Source of the DNA: a virus
Length of the DNA stretch: 64,000 nt
Reading direction: 5' to 3' (one strand)
Virus record (IMG/VR): IMGVR_UViG_3300017917_002401
Location: 1 to 64,000 of that record
Made by a program: the position numbers and the translations under genes. The notes beneath the pieces were generated by a model. That model worked only from the letters and a program-made list of their open reading frames with translations. It searched no databases and was not told where the DNA came from. Positions 15,878 to 25,747 of the stretch are shown piece after piece. The number at the start of each line of letters is the position of its first letter. Positions within the stretch are counted from its first letter, which is position 1.

Positions 15878-16834
15878 ATGAACTATAAAGACAATATTAA
15901 AGCTAAAATTATTGCAGATAGTATTTCGCCAAGTGGTGAACGTATGACTACTATGGAGATTGAGTATCCGCGATTCATTTTAGCTGAGCTGAATACTCAC
16001 CGTATGCTTAGCAAGAACTCGGCTAGTAGTCGTGCTATTCCTGTTAAGTCTATGCACGAACAGATCAAAGCAGCACCTGCAGGCCCAGTGTATTGGGGTA
16101 AGAACCAAGCAGGTATGCAAGCTAAGGTGGAACTCACGGACAACGATCTAAGCGATGCCAAATTTATTTGGGAACGTGCCATGCAAGATGCACTGCACTG
16201 GGCATGGGCACTAGCAGATCGTGTAGGTCTTCACAAACAAGTAGCTAACCGAATTACTGAACCCTGGATGACTATGAAAACTGTCATCAGTGGCACTGAG
16301 TGGGCTAATCTCTACTACTTACGAGATCACCCAGATGCACAGCCTGAGTTCCGTGAGTTAGCATCAAAAATGCACGAGGCACATAAAGCCTCTCACCCTC
16401 AACTTCTCTACCCCGGAGAATGGCATGTACCCTATATCAACACTTATCGAAGTATTATTAATAACGAGCTTTTGTATAGCGACGGCAAAGGTGATGACAT
16501 TTCTGCTGAAGAAGCACGTATTATCAGCGCTAGTTGTTGTGCTCAAGTGTCGTATCGTAAGAATGACGATACACTGGAAAAGGCTCAGAAAATCTTCAAT
16601 CAGTTGATTTTCAGCAAGCCCGCACACGCCAGTCCAGTTGAGCATCAAGCTACACCAATGGACTTGCGTACTTATGCCAACTACGAACCAGAAACCTGGG
16701 AAAGTGGCGTTACCCATGTAAGTGCCAACGGCGATTTATGGTCGGGCAACTTGCGTGGATGGATTCAACATCGTAAACTTATCCCAGACGAAGCGGCTTG
16801 GGGTCAGGTAGAAAGTAACGAATTTAAACTATGA
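15878..16834 (+). CDS. thyX: FAD-dependent thymidylate synthase (ThyX-like)
   Basis: AELNTHRMLSKNSASSRAIP, HKQVANR, LR...AQPE, HASPVEH. Confidence 0.85.
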   Translation: MNYKDNIKAKIIADSISPSGERMTTMEIEYPRFILAELNTHRMLSKNSASSRAIPVKSMHEQIKAAPAGPVYWGKNQAGMQAKVELTDNDLSDAKFIWERAMQDALHWAWALADRVGLHKQVANRITEPWMTMKTVISGTEWANLYYLRDHPDAQPEFRELASKMHEAHKASHPQLLYPGEWHVPYINTYRSIINNELLYSDGKGDDISAEEARIISASCCAQVSYRKNDDTLEKAQKIFNQLIFSKPAHASPVEHQATPMDLRTYANYEPETWESGVTHVSANGDLWSGNLRGWIQHRKLIPDEAAWGQVESNEFKL

Positions 16835-17199
16835 ATGTAGTTCTTTATACGGCTGATTTCGAGCCTATTACAGTTTTAGACCTTCCTCTGTGGCTTCTTG
16901 AGCAGATGGAAAGGGTCGGGTGGGTTCGTGTAGCCGTACAAGAACCTCTTGCCAATATTCTAGAAGATCTACACAAAGACCCCACCATTCTGCACCAACC
17001 AAAAGTGGTTAATATTCGTTGTGAAAAACTCAGGTGGCGTGATGGTTCACTAAAACCTATTCTTATCACACCAGATGAAGAACTCGCACTAATGCTTAAA
17101 CCAGAATGGTTGCCTGGTCAGCGCCAAGCAGTTAACAGCTATAAAAACACAATTAAGTTCTTAACTGAGGAACTTGTTCGTGTAATGCGAAAAAATTAA
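16831..17199 (+). CDS. hypothetical protein
   Basis: ATGA-coupled to thyX. Confidence 0.75.
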   Translation: MNVVLYTADFEPITVLDLPLWLLEQMERVGWVRVAVQEPLANILEDLHKDPTILHQPKVVNIRCEKLRWRDGSLKPILITPDEELALMLKPEWLPGQRQAVNSYKNTIKFLTEELVRVMRKN

Positions 17200-17253
17200 T
17201 TTGAATACCCAGTCAATCCTTGATATAATAATTTATATTTTAGGGGATTGACT

Positions 17254-17448
17254 ATGTATTATTGCGTTTGCTGTTCTAATGACGTAAATCCAGCACGTTG
17301 GCGGCTGGGACTACACACTTGTTTGGAGTGTGGCGAACGTCAGGCTCGCCAATTCAAGCATTGCATTGTGCCACTGGCTAAATCAAACTATCAGCCAGTT
17401 ACCGATCTCTCTACACTCAAACAACTGAACAAATATGCTAAAACTTGA
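17254..17448 (+). CDS. TraR/DksA C4-type zinc finger protein
   Basis: CVCC...V.PAR......TCLEC, own promoter and RBS. Confidence 0.65.
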   Translation: MYYCVCCSNDVNPARWRLGLHTCLECGERQARQFKHCIVPLAKSNYQPVTDLSTLKQLNKYAKT

Positions 17449-17641
17449 ATTCCACTGCGAATCACACGAAGAAGCCCGTGTGTATCTTAATGCACACCAA
17501 TATCACAACCTGCTTAGTGATCTGTATGCTGCACTTCGCAGCGCACAAAAACATGGCACGGATGCTGATGTGTTGACACAAGTATCGAGCTTTATGCCTG
17601 ATATTGCCAAGGCCGTAGACCACAACCTGGGAGCTTACTAA
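17435..17641 (+). CDS. hypothetical protein
   Basis: Coupled ORF. Confidence 0.7.
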   Translation: MLKLEFHCESHEEARVYLNAHQYHNLLSDLYAALRSAQKHGTDADVLTQVSSFMPDIAKAVDHNLGAY

Positions 17642-17961
17642 TGCCTAAAACAAACAAACAACTGCTAGACCGTGAATTTATTCGTTGGTTTTATGAAGCC
17701 GACTACCCTAATCCGCTGACTAATCGCGCTACGGTTATGAAGAATTCGCATAATCTAAGTGTTGAGCAGCGTGACTACTGGATGCGTCAGGCATTTAAAG
17801 CAGGTGCAGAAGCCATGTGGCAAGACATTAACAGCGCACTGCTTGATTGGGCCACTGCTTGTGAAGGTCTGGAACCTGAAATGTTGGAGCCTTGTGAAGT
17901 TTACGATCGTGCTCGTGAAAACCTGCATGTTTACATCTACAATCAACTGGAGCTTTTCTAA
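17641..17961 (+). CDS. hypothetical protein
   Basis: TAATG-coupled ORF. Confidence 0.7.
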   Translation: MPKTNKQLLDREFIRWFYEADYPNPLTNRATVMKNSHNLSVEQRDYWMRQAFKAGAEAMWQDINSALLDWATACEGLEPEMLEPCEVYDRARENLHVYIYNQLELF

Positions 17962-18590
17962 TGCATGTTAAAATCGGACCTTATATTAAGTGGTGGGGGC
18001 CTTACCAAGTTGCTGACCTGGTATTTGGTTTGCCCGAGGGCAAGTATGACTTGATCACCGGAGAACCACTAAACTGGCGTACTCGCTGGAGTGAACGTTT
18101 TGGAGATTGGCTTGCCGAAACCAAGTTTGCTGATTTCTGCCAGTGGATCAACAACAAACGCAATCGTCAGGTATATGTTCGCATTGATGACTACGATGTG
18201 TGGAATATGGATGAAACTCTGCGACACATCATTGGCCCTATGTTTGTGCGTCTTCGTGAAATCAAACACGGATATGGTTTTATCGAAGACGAAGACGTTC
18301 CTGAGCACCTGCACAGCGTCCATGCTCCGGCTGAACGTGAGTATGAGTGGGACTGCAATGCCGTAAATCGCTACAACTGGTTGCTAGATGAAATGATCTG
18401 GGCATTTAACACCGATCATGAAACTGCCAAATCGGTATTCTGGGACCACAGTGCTGTAGACGAAAACAGTGACATTACCACACAAGTGCGACAGCTAAAG
18501 GTAGATCGTGAAGCCTTGGACAAGTACAACGCACGACTACAAAATGCCTACCGTTTGTTTGGCAAATACTATCAAACTTTTTGGGATTAA
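17961..18590 (+). CDS. conserved hypothetical phage protein
   Basis: DVWNMD.TL...EMIWAF...LFGKYYQ.FWD. Confidence 0.8.
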   Translation: MHVKIGPYIKWWGPYQVADLVFGLPEGKYDLITGEPLNWRTRWSERFGDWLAETKFADFCQWINNKRNRQVYVRIDDYDVWNMDETLRHIIGPMFVRLREIKHGYGFIEDEDVPEHLHSVHAPAEREYEWDCNAVNRYNWLLDEMIWAFNTDHETAKSVFWDHSAVDENSDITTQVRQLKVDREALDKYNARLQNAYRLFGKYYQTFWD

Positions 18591-18758
18591 AATGGGACCA
18601 GGAAATCGCATCGAAGTAACCTTTTTCAAGGGTATTATGTTTGGAATTCAGTACAATCGCTGGCCTTACCAGCACAGCGTAAATATTGGATTCTTTTGTT
18701 TGAATATTTTTATAGGACTGGGATTGCCTTATACTGATTCCAACTACAAGGCTTAATT

Positions 18759-18971
18759 ATGTGGATAATTGCAATTATGGTTGCGGTTGCAGCTTGGGCT
18801 GTTTGGGTAGCCTGGACTGTTAATCGTGAAGGTGGAGTTCCGCCTTATCAAGACACAACTTTGTGTGATAAAAACTGCAGGCAAGGCAGTGATTGTGAGT
18901 GCTACCAGCGCAGTTGTGACATGACTGTGCAAGAGTATGATCGCTGGCCTTTTCCGAAAGACAGGCCATGA
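18759..18971 (+). CDS. small membrane-anchored protein
   Basis: N-terminal TM, CxxxCRQGxxC. Confidence 0.6.
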   Translation: MWIIAIMVAVAAWAVWVAWTVNREGGVPPYQDTTLCDKNCRQGSDCECYQRSCDMTVQEYDRWPFPKDRP

Positions 18972-19195
18972 AAGAATTTTTTAAAGAATTTTTTAAAGCA
19001 TTTGCCAGTGTTCTCTACACGGAACGCTTTTCCATTCTAGCACTGGTACTGGTAATCGGTGCCTGGTTGCTGTTTAGCACAATTGTACCCACCAAGTATG
19101 TTGACCTATTTGCCTACGGTATCCTAGGTTACTACTGGTTAGGGTCAGTTGTAGCGCCTTGGACAGAAGCCAAATTAAAGAAACTATTCAGCTAA
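18968..19195 (+). CDS. small membrane protein
   Basis: Two hydrophobic segments. Confidence 0.65.
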   Translation: MKEFFKEFFKAFASVLYTERFSILALVLVIGAWLLFSTIVPTKYVDLFAYGILGYYWLGSVVAPWTEAKLKKLFS

Positions 19196-19436
19196 GTGTT
19201 GTTTTTGTGCAACAAATATCAAGCCCCGCAGATCTTTGCATTTGCGGGGCTTTGCTTTTTACGGTATAATAGTAGCTACTTTGGAGAAATTATGAAAACT
19301 GTAGAACTAACCCTACAATTTGTGGTACCTGACGACAGCAATCCTGAACAGTGGGTTGTAGAAGGCATTTATCAAGTCTTGAGTAAAGACGAAATGTTAA
19401 CAGGCTACTGGAGCGTAGAGAAACCAGGAGATCAAC

Positions 19437-19625
19437 GTGACTGACCAAACACTAGAAACTTATGTTCCAACGCCAGCCGCACAGGCTTGGCTAAAAGCAG
19501 AAATTGCAAAAATGGTAGCCGAGTGTGATTGCCGGCACCTTATCTACACCACCTTTGACCAAAACTTGGCGGCTGGTGTAAAGAACGCTGTTATTCGACA
19601 TATTTACACGGAGTGGAAGCTATGA
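19437..19625 (+). CDS. hypothetical protein
   Basis: GTG start with AGGAG RBS. Confidence 0.55.
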   Translation: MTDQTLETYVPTPAAQAWLKAEIAKMVAECDCRHLIYTTFDQNLAAGVKNAVIRHIYTEWKL

Positions 19626-19948
19626 TTCAACCAGGAACTGTTTGTATGATTCGTGGTGTGCCTAAGTCAAGCCCTGGGTACGCTTGCAACGGCACCATTG
19701 TTCGTGTAGTAGAATACGTCGGTGATATTGTAACACCTAGTGGCGATACACACAAAGACGTACACCGGTTTGAGCCAGAGATTCATCAGGGCCAGTATAC
19801 CTACCGCCGTTCGCAAGAAGCTTGGCTACACCCGCTAGACCCTTGCGAAGATGACTTGGCCAGTGAAACGCTAGAACGCTTGGACGACGAACTGCGTGAA
19901 ACTTTTATTAAAACTGTTGTGGAGCGTGTGCAATGTGGCAGCGGTTAA
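19622..19948 (+). CDS. hypothetical protein
   Basis: Coupled ORF MIQPGTVC. Confidence 0.65.
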   Translation: MIQPGTVCMIRGVPKSSPGYACNGTIVRVVEYVGDIVTPSGDTHKDVHRFEPEIHQGQYTYRRSQEAWLHPLDPCEDDLASETLERLDDELRETFIKTVVERVQCGSG

Positions 19949-20063
19949 AAACATGGCTGGGCTTTTGCCAGCACCACTGGGTACAACAACCCACACAACT
20001 AAAATACAATTTTGCGTTTTATCGTTGCAGTCACTGTGACAAAATTATCATGAAAGTAGACAA

Positions 20064-20498
20064 ATGAACATTTGCGATAGTTGCGAAACCGTACAACATT
20101 GCCGTCGACACGGTTGCATTCCCAAACAACCTTGGCCTTTTAGCAACCCCACCAGCACCATGCAAGCCACACCACAGCCTAAATCACTGCACCAAACACT
20201 CTATGACTACGTGCAGGCTTGCCACACACAAGAAGTATACGAAAATGCAGTTGCCACAGCTTTTGTAAGTTTAGGGTCTGAAAATGCTATCATTGACCTA
20301 GCACAACCACTTAAAGCTGCGTATACCAAACACATTAAACAACTGGTCACACAAGACTTGTGGGACTGGCTGGAGTGGTGGATGTATGAAACTGAGTACG
20401 GCACACGACCATTTAAGTTTGTTGTGGACGGCACCAGCTATGATCCTACCACCATTACACTGTTTAAGTTCTTGGAGATTGTAGATGCGGGTAATTAA
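20064..20498 (+). CDS. hypothetical protein
   Basis: 144-aa ORF, DWLEWWMYETEYG. Confidence 0.7.
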   Translation: MNICDSCETVQHCRRHGCIPKQPWPFSNPTSTMQATPQPKSLHQTLYDYVQACHTQEVYENAVATAFVSLGSENAIIDLAQPLKAAYTKHIKQLVTQDLWDWLEWWMYETEYGTRPFKFVVDGTSYDPTTITLFKFLEIVDAGN

Positions 20499-20739
20499 GT
20501 TTAAGCTTAACATGGGCTGGAATGCTATTGAAACTGATACGCATTGTGAGCCGCTTTGGACTGAATGGCAAGATAATTGCTTTGTTGTATGGTGTAAAGA
20601 GTACACTGTGCTCAAGCCTACCAAGCCACTAAAACTTTTCCTAGCTACCACAGGCGAACGAGTTGCTGACGGACTAAGCTACGTTGGCACCGCTACTACG
20701 CCTGATCGAACATTTGTAGCACACCTTTTTCAGCAATAA
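20485..20739 (+). CDS. hypothetical protein
   Basis: 84-aa ORF, TGE...YVGT...FVAHLF. Confidence 0.7.
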   Translation: MRVIKFKLNMGWNAIETDTHCEPLWTEWQDNCFVVWCKEYTVLKPTKPLKLFLATTGERVADGLSYVGTATTPDRTFVAHLFQQ

Positions 20740-20740
20740 A

Positions 20741-21148
20741 ATGAATTATATTACAGTAATGAAGCAAGCGCTGGAAAACTTGGATGAGTACTACATTACA
20801 ACGCCTGAAGGCAAAGAACTTGTCACCGCCATCCGAGCAAGACTGGAGCAACCAGCACCTGTGCAGGAGCCTGAACGCGACTATTCATGCAAGGTTTGCA
20901 GCAATAAGCCTGATGCCGATGGGTGGCTAGAGCACGGCAGTGGTTGCTACACGCAATCCGCAGAGGGGGGTGGCAGTGAGTTTATTCCTGATGCCGTTTA
21001 CCCCCCACCCGCAGCACCTGTGCAGGAGCCGGTTAAACGGTGGGCTGTTTTTTGTGGTGGCTGCCGAAAGGAATGGAGCGTCCAATATCAGCATTCCGGC
21101 AAGTCAATTTGTGCTGAATGCGAAACCAAACTCAAGGAAAAAACATGA
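20741..21148 (+). CDS. PAPVQEP-linker mosaic protein 1
   Basis: Two PAPVQEP linkers flanking CxxC modules. Confidence 0.75.
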   Translation: MNYITVMKQALENLDEYYITTPEGKELVTAIRARLEQPAPVQEPERDYSCKVCSNKPDADGWLEHGSGCYTQSAEGGGSEFIPDAVYPPPAAPVQEPVKRWAVFCGGCRKEWSVQYQHSGKSICAECETKLKEKT

Positions 21149-21891
21149 AACAACTGATCGAAGACCTTATCAGCGCATTGGAATACCACGTTGAGCAGAC
21201 GCGACCTGTCCACATGACAACCGTGGCTATTCAAGCAGCGAAGGATGCACTCAAGGCAATGTCCGCAGCGCCTGTGCAGGAGCCTGTGGCGTGGGTTGAC
21301 TGGCTGCCTGAAGGAACAACACACATCGCAAAATGTAAAGCGACAACGAGTCCCGGCGGAAGTCTGTCGTTGCGAACACGCGCTTTTAAGTACGAAGCTG
21401 ATGTTTTGAAGGTGTACACAACTGACAATGACGACGAATACCCCGAATGGAGAGCCGCAAAGGATGTTTTTTACCACTTGAACTTTGCAATCGTTCCTCT
21501 CTACACCACCCCACCCGCAGCACCTGTGCAGGAGCCGGTGACAGAGGATAGAAGCCGTGTCCTATTTGAGCGCCACTGGAGAAAAACCAGAGGCCCAAAG
21601 AAGTCAGACCGGGAACTTACTCGCCATCCACTGCAACCTCAGACCTACATCCAAGACAGTGCGAATCGTCATTGGGTAACGTGGCAGGCGGCATTGAAAT
21701 CCACCCCACCCGCAGCACCCTATCGCGCAGTCAAGACCGTGCATGAGGGCAAGCCGGTGTATGTGAGTGAACCCACAGCACAGCCAGCACCTGTGCAGGT
21801 ATCCCCGCTTGAGTTTGTCACGATGGTGCTTGAGAAAGAGCACTTGGTCGGCAAGCCGCTGGTTTGGGCCGAGTGGCCGAACAAGGAGTAA
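21145..21891 (+). CDS. PAPVQEP-linker mosaic protein 2
   Basis: Start MKQLIED with AGGA RBS, three or four linkers. Confidence 0.75.
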   Translation: MKQLIEDLISALEYHVEQTRPVHMTTVAIQAAKDALKAMSAAPVQEPVAWVDWLPEGTTHIAKCKATTSPGGSLSLRTRAFKYEADVLKVYTTDNDDEYPEWRAAKDVFYHLNFAIVPLYTTPPAAPVQEPVTEDRSRVLFERHWRKTRGPKKSDRELTRHPLQPQTYIQDSANRHWVTWQAALKSTPPAAPYRAVKTVHEGKPVYVSEPTAQPAPVQVSPLEFVTMVLEKEHLVGKPLVWAEWPNKE

Positions 21892-21894
21892 CAC

Positions 21895-22134
21895 ATGAAC
21901 ATCACCGTCTACACAAAGAGCAACTGCCCAAACTGCGTGGCCGCCAAGCAGCTGCTGAAGGCCAAAGGGCTGACCTACGGCGAGATGGACGCGGATGACC
22001 GCGTTGTCATGGCAGCGCTGCAGCGCGAGCACCCAGATGCCCGGCAGATGCCGCAGATCTTCATCAATGGCCAGCGCGTCGGGGGCCTGGCGGGGCTGCG
22101 TGTGGCTCTGAATCAGTTGGAGCTGCTTCCATGA
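21895..22134 (+). CDS. glutaredoxin
   Basis: VYTKSNCPNC...MPQIFINGQRVGG. Confidence 0.95.
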   Translation: MNITVYTKSNCPNCVAAKQLLKAKGLTYGEMDADDRVVMAALQREHPDARQMPQIFINGQRVGGLAGLRVALNQLELLP

Positions 22135-22328
22135 TGACCATGAAAGACTTGATGGAAAACCCGTGCCAGTCATCACCGGATGGCAAACATTGGGAGCCAG
22201 CACTGCCTTTGCAAGACAGCTTTTTTCGTCGTCGCTTGAGTGATGCGTGGGCTGTATGGAAAGGCGAAGCGACCGCGATCAGGCAGACCACTAAGGCAGA
22301 TTTGGAGGCCAGCCATGCAGCACGGTGA
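22131..22328 (+). CDS. hypothetical protein
   Basis: Coupled ORF, W.PA.P...RL.DAW.V..G.A. Confidence 0.65.
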   Translation: MMTMKDLMENPCQSSPDGKHWEPALPLQDSFFRRRLSDAWAVWKGEATAIRQTTKADLEASHAAR

Positions 22329-22364
22329 CGGCGGCGACGCAGAAAACATGGAAGGAAACACAAT

Positions 22365-22748
22365 ATGACCACCGACATTGCAGACATCATTGCTGGCGAA
22401 CTTAAGGTCAGCCGTTCCACGGCCTACGACCTAATGCGTGAGGCACTGAAAGAAGCGTCGCCATTGCAGGAGCCTGTGGCAACGGTTCAAAGCCTTCATA
22501 TGGACGGCAAAGACATTGGCGTTCAGGCGCATTTGCACCAGCACCTGCCAGTCGGCACGAAGCTATACACCACCCCACCCGCAGCACAGCCAGCACCTGT
22601 GCAGGAGCCTTGGGAATCCGAAATGCGTACTGAACTTGCCGCACTTGGATTTGATACGCAATGCCCAGAAAGTATTGGCATCACGCTCAAGAGGTGGCGT
22701 GATGGATATGCAGCAGCACAGCCAGCACCTGTGCAGGAGCCTAAATGA
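22365..22748 (+). CDS. PAPVQEP-linker mosaic protein 3
   Basis: AAGGA RBS, linkers, GTKLYTTPP. Confidence 0.75.
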   Translation: MTTDIADIIAGELKVSRSTAYDLMREALKEASPLQEPVATVQSLHMDGKDIGVQAHLHQHLPVGTKLYTTPPAAQPAPVQEPWESEMRTELAALGFDTQCPESIGITLKRWRDGYAAAQPAPVQEPK

Positions 22749-23002
22749 GCATACAAATACTAAAAATGCTTCGTGAGCAAGCATGGACACCCACACCGCA
22801 CGGCGAGCAGTTCTCGCTACACTTTGACGACACCCGGTATCTAGAACTAATTGCTGAACACTTTGCACACACAGCAGAAGGTTTTAGTTGCACCACTGCC
22901 GCAGCAGGTACACCAGACAAGTACGCTGCTGGCTATGAGGCCGGATACAATACTGCGGTAACACACATTGCAGCACATATTCGTGCAAGGTATTTAGGGT
23001 AA
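22745..23002 (+). CDS. hypothetical protein
   Basis: Coupled ORF. Confidence 0.6.
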   Translation: MSIQILKMLREQAWTPTPHGEQFSLHFDDTRYLELIAEHFAHTAEGFSCTTAAAGTPDKYAAGYEAGYNTAVTHIAAHIRARYLG

Positions 23003-23085
23003 CCATAGGGGCAAGCAACGCCGATTATTTCGCGGTTGCTTGCCCTTTGTTATTTGTGCTATAATATACTATACAAAGGAACACA

Positions 23086-23745
23086 ATGAACACTTGTTTA
23101 CAATGCAATAAACCCGCCACTTATAAGAACCTCACACAGTTCGCTGGCACACACTACTGGTGTACCCAGCACGCACAAGAGCAAGGCGACTGTGATGAGT
23201 TCCTATACATCGTCCGTGAGCAGGACGTAACCAGCAAAATCTTGTCAGCTAAAAACAGTGGTGACGGTGCCGCACAAGTCTTGCGGCTCACACACACTCC
23301 CACAGGTGTTGTGGCTGAGGGTCAAGGCAGATCGCAGCACAGAGCCCGAGACCTAGCCTGGACTGAGTTAAACAAACTGCTACAAGAACACATGCAACTT
23401 GCACCACAGCAAGTTGTGGCGGATACACTTCGTGACCTGCAACGCACCACCAAACAAGCTAAGGAGCGTGCAGCAGATGCCTTTGCCGAGTACACCAAAG
23501 TGCAGTACCTGCTCGACAAACTACAGGAAGAAGCCGCTGAAGTTATTCAAGCTGTGAGCAAGATTCGACGATTTGGGCCACAAAACCATCACCCAGACCG
23601 CACCACCACTAACCTACAAGAACTCGTCGGCGAACTAGAAGATCTCCAAGCCATTGTCCTAGCGCTAGAAGAAATGCAATATTTTGACCCTAAGCCGTCG
23701 ACAACTAGCATAATTCGGAAATTCAATACACTGTTGTCCTCCTAA
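23086..23745 (+). CDS. Zn-finger + release-factor-like domain (no GGQ) + MazG-like pyrophosphatase fusion
   Basis: CLQC...CTQH; LRLTHTPTGVVAE...RSQHR; QEEAAEVIQAVSK.RRFG...ELEDL. Confidence 0.7.
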   Translation: MNTCLQCNKPATYKNLTQFAGTHYWCTQHAQEQGDCDEFLYIVREQDVTSKILSAKNSGDGAAQVLRLTHTPTGVVAEGQGRSQHRARDLAWTELNKLLQEHMQLAPQQVVADTLRDLQRTTKQAKERAADAFAEYTKVQYLLDKLQEEAAEVIQAVSKIRRFGPQNHHPDRTTTNLQELVGELEDLQAIVLALEEMQYFDPKPSTTSIIRKFNTLLSS

Positions 23746-24104
23746 AAAATACGCTTGCTATTATGCTATCAAGTGTGCTATAATTTAGTTATATTACAAA
23801 GAATATGAAAACTAGAGGATTGTACAATTTAAAATTGCACACACAATCCGTGTGGGAGAGAGGTCACGATGAGGGCCCCAGACACGGTTAAGTAGAGCAA
23901 ATTTTCATAAATTGTTGACAATCCGAACAGATTGATACCGCTGCTTAAGTTGAGGGTCTTTTTGTTTTTAAAACACAATAATTTTTTAAGAGCAAAAATC
24001 TATAACAATTTAAAAAGCGGCCCCACTCTAGCCCGGTTTGCTCTGGTTTAGGGTCAGTTACTCTAGCTACTGTGAAGCTGGAATTTTCTTTTTAGAATTA
24101 AATT

Positions 24105-24926
24105 ATGTTAAAACTTAAATCAAATACAATTCAAGACTTTCCTTTCCAAGAATATGCCAAGTGTCAGAATCCTAGTCAATTAGAGGATCTGGCTAAAGCT
24201 CATTATCTTACCAGTTTTAATAGTTGGATGCTGCCTCAGATAGCTCACCACTATGGCACATGGACTCTGGTTTTTACGGCTGAGGGTAAAGTAGATCCTA
24301 AACTTACAGCTCGTGAAAATATTAAAAGCCAATGGGATATTGGCTTGTGGAAAGTATGTACACAACTAAAACGAGGAAGTTTAGTTAAATCGCAGATCAA
24401 TCCTGAATTTGCTAGTTATAGCGCCCTAGTCCCACTTATCCTGATGGGATCCAAAAAATATAAAGGTATTGGCTATAACAAATGGGATATTGATTCAGAT
24501 ACTTTCTTGGTAGATAAAAACTTGCGAGAGGCAATGTTTTGGCAGCCTGATGATAGTCATGCAGACTTTCCTGATATGATTTTTGGTGAATTGCAGTATG
24601 CTATCAAACCAGATCGCTTGCTAGAGTTACGAGAACAAGGGCTGACAGTAAAAAGTGGTCCAGCTAAGGGTAAGGTTCAAGCCCCTACATCTAGTTGGTG
24701 TTTGAAAGGTATGCGGGGCACTGAGCTTGGAAAAGCTCCTAAACTTACAGGCACAATGCTGACCCAAATATGGGTAGCACACCCTAGCCTAAGAACAGAA
24801 TATATGGTGCTAGATCCTAATGATTGGGATTGGATGCCTCCACCACTTGTTAGCGCCAATATCTTTAAAGCGCCAGAACAAACTACTAAACAAACTCAGC
24901 AAGAAGAAATTCTACCTTGGCTATGA
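24105..24926 (+). CDS. hypothetical protein (T5-like early gene)
   Basis: 273-aa ORF coupled to the A2/D3-like gene. Confidence 0.85.
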   Translation: MLKLKSNTIQDFPFQEYAKCQNPSQLEDLAKAHYLTSFNSWMLPQIAHHYGTWTLVFTAEGKVDPKLTARENIKSQWDIGLWKVCTQLKRGSLVKSQINPEFASYSALVPLILMGSKKYKGIGYNKWDIDSDTFLVDKNLREAMFWQPDDSHADFPDMIFGELQYAIKPDRLLELREQGLTVKSGPAKGKVQAPTSSWCLKGMRGTELGKAPKLTGTMLTQIWVAHPSLRTEYMVLDPNDWDWMPPPLVSANIFKAPEQTTKQTQQEEILPWL

Positions 24927-25249
24927 AATACACAAAAGAAATAACAGACAAATTGATACAAGCCTACAAGGCTGGTGTACCTGTATCAGCCCTAGCAGAA
25001 GAGCTAGATGTACCAGACCGCAGTATAATTGCTAAATTGTCGAGTCTGGGCGTCTACCAGAAAAAACAGTACCTCAACAAGCGTGGTGAGCTGCCGGTGA
25101 AAAAATCGGAGCACATTGAACGCATCGCAGAACTCTTAGACGTGAACCTAGAGCTACTAGAATCGCTGGAAAAGGTAAACAAAGGCGTACTCAAGTTAAT
25201 CGAAGATAAATTGCGAGAAACTGACCCTAAACCGCACCAGGCAGCGTAA
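24923..25249 (+). CDS. A2/D3-like HTH DNA-binding protein (paralog 1)
   Basis: YT.E.T..L...Y..G.....LA..L....RS..AKLS..GVY...K......IA..L......ESLEK.NK, resembles T5 A2. Confidence 0.75.
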   Translation: MKYTKEITDKLIQAYKAGVPVSALAEELDVPDRSIIAKLSSLGVYQKKQYLNKRGELPVKKSEHIERIAELLDVNLELLESLEKVNKGVLKLIEDKLRETDPKPHQAA

Positions 25250-25266
25250 ATTGCACTTAATTCGAC

Positions 25267-25302
25267 AAAAGCCCACATAATTTCGGTTATGTGGGCTTTT
25301 TT
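25267..25302 (+). terminator. intrinsic (bidirectional) terminator
   Basis: AAAAGCCCACATAA-TTTCGG-TTATGTGGGCTTTTTT. Confidence 0.85.
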
Positions 25303-25747
25303 GCGTGTGTGTACGTGGTTTGTATAAATTGCTACAGTTTAGGAACACCGACCGTGTTTTGGCAGTTTAGGGTCAGTGTCTAGAAAAAGCACTTGACAAA
25401 ACCGGTTTGGCACTGGTAAAATGGCGCAGGCCGGGTGTGGAATTTCCCATGTGGGCTTTTTTAAGGCAAAACAAAGCCCCCACAGCATGCCTGCTTGGGG
25501 GCTTTGAACGGATTGTGTTGTTGGGGATCCCTCCGTTTTTAGTGCTCGCTTCACGACTTACCGAGGGGCACCACCCCTGCTGACTGCATGACCCTAAACC
25601 GTGGCACCTTGGACCCCGACTAGGTTATTGGGGTTGTAGCCACTGGTAGGTGAGACTGTTTGGTTATCTGGGGCACCACCCACTGATGGAGGATTGTTAA
25701 CGTACAACGCCCTAAACGACTACTTGAGGTTTAACGACCACTGCAGT

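Larger units (their letters stand above)
20851..22742 (+). repeat. dispersed GCACCTGTGCAGGAGCC direct repeats (~7 copies)
   Basis: Copies near 20855, 21014, 21268, 21520, 21787, 22594, 22725. Confidence 0.85.

Noticed and set aside
20851-22742. CRISPR array
   Set aside because: The repeats are coding linkers with irregular spacing of roughly 130-800 bp, and no cas genes are present.
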